64,000 nt of DNA from Verrucomicrobiota bacterium (lineage in GTDB: Bacteria > Verrucomicrobiota > Verrucomicrobiia > Limisphaerales > UBA11358), in NCBI GenBank assembly GCA_049517655.1, contig JBEKRQ010000003.1, forward strand, positions 132,906 through 196,905. The letters are read 5' to 3'. Made by a program: the position numbers and the translations under genes. Shown here in pieces: positions 19,268 to 25,400 of the stretch (within the stretch, counting starts at the first letter, position 1; each line of letters begins with the position of its first letter). The notes under the pieces were generated by a model that did no database searches, was not told the DNA's origin, and saw only the letters and a list, made by a program, of their open reading frames with translations.

Positions 19268-20274
19268 TTGTGTTTTAGGAATTCCCGCAACAACTGTCGG
19301 CGGAACGAATCACGTGAAGCGTGGGCGCGCAGCACGACGCCACGGGTCAGCAATAGATTGCCCGGCCAGGCCCGGCGCTCAATCCCCAAACGTTTCATCA
19401 GGTTCACGCAATTTGGTTCGTCATACATTTTATAGGCCAATGCCAGTGCCGTTGCCAATGCGCGGTTCGTCCCGGTTCGTGGAACGGCTTGAGCAAGCCA
19501 GGTTTCGTCCAGCGTTCCCGCCGTCCCGCGAACGGCCTGGACAACGTCGCCAAGCACTTGCAGCCGGTCAACGCCGTGACTGGCCACACCGTGCACTGCT
19601 GCAATCAGCAACGTAGCCGCAGCGCTGGGGCGGAGTCGGTTCTGATGCGTCTCCAGTTGCAGGTCTTCATACGTTACGGACAATGCGCGCCGCAGCGACG
19701 GCGAATTCACCAGGTTCCAATGAATCTCCACCATGCCGCCGGAGCGATTGGGATGGCGCCAGCTTTCCTCGCCGTAACCGGTTTGATGCTTCATTGGCAC
19801 TACGACCGGCTGGTAACCCAATTCTCTGAACACCTGCCGGGTTTCTGGAAGAATCCGTTGTGGAATCAGCAGGTCCACATCGGTGAATGGACGCAACGAC
19901 GGATGCGAATAGAGACGATCGGCAAAATCGCCACCCTTCAGGATGACCGCCGGCAACCCCGCTTCTTGCATACGGGCGATGATTTCCAGGGCCTGCCGGC
20001 GCAGCACGAGTGATAATCCTGTCCGCTGCCGCATTCGTTGCCGTGCCCAATCGCACACTGCTGGGTCCGGCAGAAAGGAATGCCGTTGTTCATTTTCCCG
20101 GCTGGTCAACCGTTTAAGATTTTCCATGACGATGGCCAGCACGCCATGCCGATCCGCCAACTCCAGCAGCCGCCGCAGTTTTGCCGGTTCTGGTGGAGCA
20201 AGCTTGATGACCTCAGCCGGGCCGCGGGGATCCGCCAGCGCTAGGAGCAAGGAATGGATTTGATTCGGGAACAT
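19264..20274 (-). CDS. NTP_transf_5-like uncharacterised nucleotidyltransferase
   Basis: ILKGGDFADRLYSHPSLRPFTDVDLLIP block. Start MFPNQIH at 20274 overlaps the upstream stop (TGATG). Confidence 0.75.
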   Translation of the reverse strand: MFPNQIHSLLLALADPRGPAEVIKLAPPEPAKLRRLLELADRHGVLAIVMENLKRLTSRENEQRHSFLPDPAVCDWARQRMRQRTGLSLVLRRQALEIIARMQEAGLPAVILKGGDFADRLYSHPSLRPFTDVDLLIPQRILPETRQVFRELGYQPVVVPMKHQTGYGEESWRHPNRSGGMVEIHWNLVNSPSLRRALSVTYEDLQLETHQNRLRPSAAATLLIAAVHGVASHGVDRLQVLGDVVQAVRGTAGTLDETWLAQAVPRTGTNRALATALALAYKMYDEPNCVNLMKRLGIERRAWPGNLLLTRGVVLRAHASRDSFRRQLLREFLKHK

Positions 20275-21263
20275 CAAGACCACAGTGAAGCGAGCCGATC
20301 CGGCAACTCTTCCAGGCGCGGGCAAAGGCTGGCTTGGAAAGTCCGGCTGGAACGCACCAGTTCCCCCAGTGCCTCAAACGCCCGGCCCGCCACAGCCTCG
20401 CGACGCCGATCGGGCGCACGGACGTTTTCGCGGGTCAGGCGTGTCAGCGCCGTGACCTTGTCCACCGGCTCAATCCGATGGGACTTCGTATTTCGCGGAT
20501 TCAGAAAAAGAATCAATCCCGGTGATGCCGTCAGGCCGGTTGTCTGCGGTTTCAATGACCGTGCATCCAGAAGCCGCTCGCCGTGCAAACTGACGCCGCC
20601 CATGGGCAAATCCCGCAGCCAGGGGAGCAACTCAAACGTTCGTGAATGCACCTTGCAACGGATTCGGATTCCCCAGATTCGTCCCGGCTGGTTCGTGGTC
20701 GCGGCCTGGTAAAAAGTCATGTCGTCAGCCAGCATGCCCAGACCCGCCCCGGCCAGCGCCAGTGCCAGTGTGGTTTTTCCACGGCCGCTCATGCCCGAGA
20801 AAATGAGCGCGCGCCGCTGGCCGCCGACTTGGACGAACAGGCTGGCGGCATGGATTACGTGATGGCCGGCCAACCCGAGGCAATCACACAACAGCGGCAG
20901 GAAACAAGTTTCCAACAGACCAGCTTTGCTGTTTGGACTCACAACAATCCTGGCAATGCGCCCAGCCAGATCAATGTCAGCGCAGACATGATCCGGTATC
21001 TCAATCCGCCGCCGATTAAGACCACTGCGACAGATCATCCGGGTGCCGCCGGGCAGTGTGCCTGTCCAGAAGTTGCGCAATTCCGGGTCGGCTTTCTGAT
21101 GTGGCTGCCCATAATCCAGAATCACATGGAATCCCTCCACACCGTCGCCGGAGTCTGCATAAGCGCCCAGAAGCACATTAATCACATCCAGCAGCGATTG
21201 ACTTGGTGTCTCCACCGTCATTCGCATGCCATGCAGGTTGTAATGCGCCCTTGCCAATCTCAT
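20274..21263 (-). CDS. HPr-kinase-C-like P-loop protein (HprK-related kinase)
   Basis: GMSGRGKTTLALALAGAGLGMLADD resembles the HPr kinase/phosphorylase C-terminal P-loop region. Confidence 0.75.
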   Translation of the reverse strand: MRLARAHYNLHGMRMTVETPSQSLLDVINVLLGAYADSGDGVEGFHVILDYGQPHQKADPELRNFWTGTLPGGTRMICRSGLNRRRIEIPDHVCADIDLAGRIARIVVSPNSKAGLLETCFLPLLCDCLGLAGHHVIHAASLFVQVGGQRRALIFSGMSGRGKTTLALALAGAGLGMLADDMTFYQAATTNQPGRIWGIRIRCKVHSRTFELLPWLRDLPMGGVSLHGERLLDARSLKPQTTGLTASPGLILFLNPRNTKSHRIEPVDKVTALTRLTRENVRAPDRRREAVAGRAFEALGELVRSSRTFQASLCPRLEELPDRLASLWS

Positions 21264-21427
21264 GCTCGGCTCGATAGGGAAAATAAAAACAAACAGACAA
21301 TGCCGCTGCTGTCTTCAAGAAGACTGCAACATATTCAAAATTGGAATCCACACATAAACCAAACCTCTCCGAAAGTCAGCACAACTGGTTACCGACATCT
21401 CAAGGACGAGAAACTAGAGGCCTTTTG

Positions 21428-21453
21428 GCAAGCGTCTTTTGCTGGCCGCTTGC
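21428..21453 (-). terminator. hairpin 6 nt downstream of the last precursor gene (possible attenuator)
   Basis: On the minus strand GCAAGCG-12 nt loop-CGCTTGC. There is no clear U-tract. It sits in the 196-bp gap before the kinase gene. Confidence 0.35.
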
Positions 21454-21459
21454 GAGTCT

Positions 21460-21594
21460 TTACCCCGGTTCGGTTGTGACGCCCGGGCTGCCGTCTTCGG
21501 TTACTTCCTTGATCTGTTCACGCTTTTTGATCTCCGGCGGGGCGTAGTCGCGCTTTTTGGTCTCCGGCGGGGTTTGTTTTTTTGATGTTTTCAT
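21460..21594 (-). CDS. RiPP-like precursor peptide, paralog 6 (44 aa)
   Basis: Manual translation MKTSKKQTPPETKKRDYAPPEIKKREQIKEVTEDGSPGVTTEPG*. Its ATG overlaps the stop of paralog 5 (ATGA). Confidence 0.75.
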   Translation of the reverse strand: MKTSKKQTPPETKKRDYAPPEIKKREQIKEVTEDGSPGVTTEPG

Positions 21595-21728
21595 ACAGGC
21601 CCGGTGCTGCCCGGGGGAACGCCTTCTGTGACTTCCTTGATTTGTTCGCGCTTTTTAATCTCCGGCGGGACGTAGTCGCGCTTCTGTTTCTTGTTCTCCA
21701 GCGGGGTTTGTTTTTTTGATGTTTTCAT
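21591..21728 (-). CDS. RiPP-like precursor peptide, paralog 5 (45 aa)
   Basis: Manual translation MKTSKKQTPLENKKQKRDYVPPEIKKREQIKEVTEGVPPGSTGPV*. Confidence 0.75.
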   Translation of the reverse strand: MKTSKKQTPLENKKQKRDYVPPEIKKREQIKEVTEGVPPGSTGPV

Positions 21729-21742
21729 ATGATATTTCTACG

Positions 21743-21874
21743 TCAAACGGTGGTCCCGGGGGATGGGAATTCCGTGACTTCCTTGATTTGTTCGCGCTTT
21801 TTGATTTCCGGTTTGACGTAGTCGCGCTTCTGTTTCTTGTTCTCCGGCGGAGTTTGTTTTTTTGATGTTTTCAT
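21743..21874 (-). CDS. RiPP-like precursor peptide, paralog 4 (43 aa)
   Basis: Manual translation MKTSKKQTPPENKKQKRDYVKPEIKKREQIKEVTEFPSPGTTV*. Confidence 0.75.
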   Translation of the reverse strand: MKTSKKQTPPENKKQKRDYVKPEIKKREQIKEVTEFPSPGTTV

Positions 21875-21879
21875 ATAAT

Positions 21880-22347
21880 TTAATTTCGGATCAATTGTGA
21901 AACCAGTTGCTTGAGTTCGGCAACGTTCCGCTTGAGCGCCTGAATTTCCGTATCCTTTTCTTCCAGTTTCTGATTCAACCCCTGGATCGCCGCCAGCTCC
22001 ACGCCATGGAATTCCAAAGTGCTGATGTTCTTGTCATCGCGGCCGGGATAAAATGCGCCTTTAAAATCCTGCGCCATTGGACCGAGATGCGGGACATCAC
22101 CATCCTTCTCCCATTTGTAATTCCACCGTTCAATGGGAATGGCAGCCAGCTTTTCCAGCACGGCCACCGTATTCACTGATCGGAAGTTTTTCTTGGCGTT
22201 GCGATCCGATATGAGCACCGGTGTGATAGCTGGGCCCGAGCCTTCCGTGGTTTCCTTGATTTGTTCGCGCTTTTTGATTTTCGGCGGGACGTAGTCGCGT
22301 TTCTGTTTCTTGTTTTCCGGCAGGGTTTGTTTTTTGGATGTTTTCAT
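21880..22347 (-). CDS. precursor-leader paralog 3 fused to a Peptidase_S74 (endosialidase intramolecular chaperone) domain
   Basis: MKTSKKQTLPENKKQKRDYVPPKIKKREQIKETTE-GSGPAITPVLI-SDRNAKKNF... The C-terminal 109 aa carry S74-like blocks (SDRxxKKN, LEKLAAIPIERWNY, HLGPMAQDF, coiled-coil tail). Confidence 0.8.
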   Translation of the reverse strand: MKTSKKQTLPENKKQKRDYVPPKIKKREQIKETTEGSGPAITPVLISDRNAKKNFRSVNTVAVLEKLAAIPIERWNYKWEKDGDVPHLGPMAQDFKGAFYPGRDDKNISTLEFHGVELAAIQGLNQKLEEKDTEIQALKRNVAELKQLVSQLIRN

Positions 22348-22361
22348 ATAATGTTTTTACG

Positions 22362-22493
22362 TCAAAAGACGGTCCCGGGGATTTGTTGTTCTGTGACTTC
22401 CTTGATTTGTTCGCGCTTTTTGATCTCCGGCTTGACGTAGTCGCGCTTTTGTTTCTTGTTTTCCGGCTGGGTTTGTTTTTTAGGCGTTTTCAT
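22362..22493 (-). CDS. RiPP-like precursor peptide, paralog 2 (43 aa)
   Basis: Manual translation MKTPKKQTQPENKKQKRDYVKPEIKKREQIKEVTEQQIPGTVF*. Confidence 0.75.
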   Translation of the reverse strand: MKTPKKQTQPENKKQKRDYVKPEIKKREQIKEVTEQQIPGTVF

Positions 22494-22518
22494 ATTGTTT
22501 TCGTTTTTTCCACTCTTT

Positions 22519-22659
22519 TTAATCTATTGCCACAGTGACGGGTCCGGGGCCTTGTTCTGTGACTTCCTTGATCTGTTCGCGCTTTTTGATCTCCGGTTTG
22601 ACGTAGTCGCGCTTCTGGTTCTTGTTTTCCGGCAGAGTTTGTTCTTTTGAAGTTTTCAT
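22519..22659 (-). CDS. RiPP-like precursor peptide, paralog 1 (46 aa)
   Basis: Internal ATG of track ORF 22519..22737: MKTSKEQTLPENKNQKRDYVKPEIKKREQIKEVTEQGPGPVTVAID*. Confidence 0.75.
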   Translation of the reverse strand: MKTSKEQTLPENKNQKRDYVKPEIKKREQIKEVTEQGPGPVTVAID

Positions 22660-22745
22660 GCGATTAAAACTCGTTATTGAATGGCCGATTTGGAAATTCA
22701 AGTCTAATTGCGCGTGTTGTCCCAATTTAACAGACATCTGTCAAA

Positions 22746-23210
22746 CTATTTGCTCACGCCACCCATTGTTGCTGCACGTTCTTCTGCCAGACAGTAGGTC
22801 AGGAGTGTCGCCGCCGGCTGTTCTGGCGGCGGAGACAGACAGACGTCGTTGAGGGTGACCCAGCAATGCGCGTGCATTCGCCGACTGTCGAGCCGTGGCG
22901 GAAAAACTCCAATGTGCAGAACCGCCGGGCAACCCGCCAGCCTCAGGAAATGGAATAAAGTCAGCCCATGCCGCAGGCAGGCGCGCCGGCGCATATTTCG
23001 CGGTTGACGCAACCGATGGGCCACCAACCGGGAGATTTCTTCGGGCGGCATGCCGCCATAGGGTTTGAAACGGGGCAGCGGGGTCAACAAACGCAATAAT
23101 TGTTTTAACGGAAGGATTTTCACCAGCAACGGAATCAGCGTTGCCAGCAGCCAGATATGACCGCGCAACAGCAGTCGGCCTGCGGAAAACGTATGTTCAG
23201 GGTTCTTCAA
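22746..23210 (-). CDS. lasso-peptide B2-type (transglutaminase-like) cysteine protease
   Basis: ACLRHGLTLFHFLRLAGCPAVLHIGV....MHAHCWVTLND carries the Cys...His arrangement of the McjB C-terminal/B2 family. Overlaps pqqD by 14 nt. Confidence 0.78.
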   Translation of the reverse strand: MKNPEHTFSAGRLLLRGHIWLLATLIPLLVKILPLKQLLRLLTPLPRFKPYGGMPPEEISRLVAHRLRQPRNMRRRACLRHGLTLFHFLRLAGCPAVLHIGVFPPRLDSRRMHAHCWVTLNDVCLSPPPEQPAATLLTYCLAEERAATMGGVSK

Positions 23211-23487
23211 CGAGAAGTTTCTCCTCCAGCAACTTCGCTGCTAATGCCGTCATGTCCCTGCTCAACGTTTCCCGGGGAACCTGAAACTCGTTGAAGAGCG
23301 TGTCAATCACTGCGGCCAGCGATTGCCTGCCGTCCAGTCCACGCAAAAAGGCGGCGGTGGTTTCATTGCAGGTATACAGATAACCGGAGTTGAGCGAGAG
23401 CACGACCGTCTCTTCACCGGGCCCCAGCGATTGAAAGGTCACATCATCCGCCAATCGCAGGCGCGCATTCTGGGATAACGAGGGCAT
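23197..23487 (-). CDS. PqqD-family RiPP recognition element protein (lasso B1-like)
   Basis: 96 aa from the ATG at 23487. LADDVTFQSLGPGEETVVLSLNSGYLYTCNETTAAFLRGLDGRQSLAAVIDTL is typical PqqD. Confidence 0.78.
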   Translation of the reverse strand: MPSLSQNARLRLADDVTFQSLGPGEETVVLSLNSGYLYTCNETTAAFLRGLDGRQSLAAVIDTLFNEFQVPRETLSRDMTALAAKLLEEKLLVEEP

Positions 23488-23555
23488 TGAATTATTCACA
23501 CAGGTATTTAGCCACAGCCCCCGCCGACTCGTCACGCCGAAATGCAATGGAGTCG

Positions 23556-23595
23556 GAAGCAAGAAGCGAAGGCGGGATTGAACCCAGATGAAACA
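23556..23595 (+). repeat. 40-bp direct repeat, copy 2 (upstream flank of the RiPP-like locus)
   Basis: gaagcaagaagcgaaggcgggattgaacccagatgaaaca matches 17708..17747 at 39/40. Confidence 0.85.
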
Positions 23596-23681
23596 CCGCA
23601 ACGACTGGGGATTGGAAAACAGCCGGCGGGGGGTTAGACTGAACCCTGAATTACAACGCTGAACCTGAACCAAAAACCATT

Positions 23682-24029
23682 ATGCCATTGTTAAAACTCG
23701 AAACCACCGTCGCGCTTGCTGATGAAAAGAAGCAGGCGCTACTTGCGTCCCTCTCCAAAATCGTGGCCGGGACGATTGGCAAACCTGAACAATACGTCAT
23801 GGTCGTCGTCAACCCCGCGTCCATCCTCATGTCCGGCAAACCGGGCGCCGCCGCCTTCGTGGACATCCGCAGCATCGGCGGTTTGAACGATTCCGTGAAC
23901 CGGCAACTATCGCAAAAGATTTGCAGTCTGTTGAAAGAATCCCTTGGCGTTCCGCTAGACCGGATTTACCTGAACTTCACCAATGTCGCTGGTGGCAACT
24001 GGGGTTGTAACGGCGACACTTTCGGGTGA
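23682..24029 (+). CDS. MIF/phenylpyruvate tautomerase-family protein
   Basis: 115 aa with Pro at position 2 (MPLLKLETT...) and MIF-like spacing (VMVVV...MSG...AAFVDIRSIG). Confidence 0.7.
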   Translation: MPLLKLETTVALADEKKQALLASLSKIVAGTIGKPEQYVMVVVNPASILMSGKPGAAAFVDIRSIGGLNDSVNRQLSQKICSLLKESLGVPLDRIYLNFTNVAGGNWGCNGDTFG

Positions 24030-24163
24030 AACTCGTCACGCTTTCAAGAAACTGCCGGTGACGGCACTCATTCGCAATGCGCACGGCGTCGCGGAGTGGA
24101 AGCTGTTCCTCAATGAATGAACAATGGGAGGGCAAGCAACAAACTCTCCGCCACTGCGATGAA

Positions 24164-25315
24164 TCACGCCTCGCCGAGCAGCGCGTGAACCTTGGGCATC
24201 CATTCGCTGATCGGGATTTTCTGGGGACAGAGGTCTTCACAGTCGTGGCAGGCGATGCAAGCACTGGCCCGCGCCGCTTCCGGGATAAAGATCTGATACT
24301 TGAATCGCGCGCCGGGAATGTCTTCGTGGAGAAACCCTTCGTTGTAGATTTCGAAATTGGCCGGGATGTCCACTCCGTTGGGGCAGGGCATGCAGTAATT
24401 GCACTTGGTGCAGGGAATAGCGGCTCGTTCCCGGTACTTTTGCTGCAGGTCTGCGATCAGTTTCAGGTCCGCCGCGTCAAACGAATGGCTGCGAGCGTGA
24501 GCCGCCGAATCCAGGTTGGCTTTCACCTGCTCCATGTCGCTCATACCGCTTAACACAACCGACATTTCGGGCTGGTCCCAAAGCCATTGTAACGCCCAGT
24601 CCGCCGGGGAGCGCTTCACGCTGGAGCGCTCGATCATCTGGCGAATGGACGACGGCGGACGGGCCAGCCTGCCGCCGAGCAGCGGTTCCATGATCACGAC
24701 GGCCAGTCCCCTGGCGGCGGCGAGCTTCAATCCCAGAGTGCCCGCCTGATTCTCCGTGTCCATGTAGTTGTATTGAATCTGGCAGAACGTCCAGCGATCA
24801 TAACCGTTGATGATGTCACGGAAGCTCTCGTAATTGTCATGGAATGAGAAACCCAGGTGGCGGATGCGTCCGTCGCGAATGGCGGCCTCGGCTTTTTCTA
24901 GGAGCTTGAATTTCGGCACGACTTCGTTCCAGCGCTGTTTATCCAGGCCGTGGAGCAGGTAAAAATCAATGTGATCGGTTTGGAGCTTGCGCAGTTGTTC
25001 GTTCAACATCCGGTCAAAATCCGCCTCCTGTTGGATCAACCACACCGGGGATTTTGTGGCGATTTTCACCCGGTCCCGATGGCCGCGCAACGCCTTGCCG
25101 AGAACGGTCTCGCTGGCGCCTTCGTGATAGATGTAGGCGGTGTCGAAATAGTTCACGCCCCGGTCAAGCGCGTGGTGGATCATGCGCACGGCTTCCGCTT
25201 CGTTGATATTTGGGCCGTTGGGATTTCCGTCCACGGTGGGCAGGCGCATACAGCCAAAACCCAGAACCGACACATTCCAATCCAACTTGCCGAATTTTCG
25301 AAATTGCATGGTCAT
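24164..25315 (-). CDS. aldo/keto reductase with C-terminal Fe-S cluster domain
   Basis: AKR N-terminus (LGFGCMRLP, DTAYIYHEG) plus a C-terminal Cys cluster CTKCNYCMPCP...CIACHDCEDLCP. ATG at 25315 preferred. Confidence 0.8.
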   Translation of the reverse strand: MTMQFRKFGKLDWNVSVLGFGCMRLPTVDGNPNGPNINEAEAVRMIHHALDRGVNYFDTAYIYHEGASETVLGKALRGHRDRVKIATKSPVWLIQQEADFDRMLNEQLRKLQTDHIDFYLLHGLDKQRWNEVVPKFKLLEKAEAAIRDGRIRHLGFSFHDNYESFRDIINGYDRWTFCQIQYNYMDTENQAGTLGLKLAAARGLAVVIMEPLLGGRLARPPSSIRQMIERSSVKRSPADWALQWLWDQPEMSVVLSGMSDMEQVKANLDSAAHARSHSFDAADLKLIADLQQKYRERAAIPCTKCNYCMPCPNGVDIPANFEIYNEGFLHEDIPGARFKYQIFIPEAARASACIACHDCEDLCPQKIPISEWMPKVHALLGEA

Positions 25316-25360
25316 TGTTTCACGAGTGGAGATTTGAGGAAGCTCATTCGCGAACCAGCG

Positions 25361-25397
25361 CATCCGTGCTTCATCTGTGTTCGATCTGTGGCTAAAA
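25361..25397. repeat. ATCTGYGG-family half element
   Basis: catccgtgcttcatctgtgttcgatctgtggctaaaaa lies between the AKR start and the glmS stop. Confidence 0.7.
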
Positions 25398-25400
25398 AGG

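Noticed and set aside
21460-22740. I considered that the periodic ~135-145-bp repeats might be a CRISPR array or a non-coding tandem repeat.
   Set aside because: Each unit has its own ATG and stop in the same frame. The conserved part is about 105 bp of coding sequence, and variation is confined to the 3' end of each ORF. There is no short constant repeat alternating with unique spacers, and no cas genes are present.
21460-23487. I considered a classical lasso peptide gene cluster.
   Set aside because: B1 (PqqD), B2 and a lasso-like leader motif are present. However, no asparagine-synthetase-like cyclase is in the window, the cores are only 8-11 aa, and most lack the acidic ring-closing residue.
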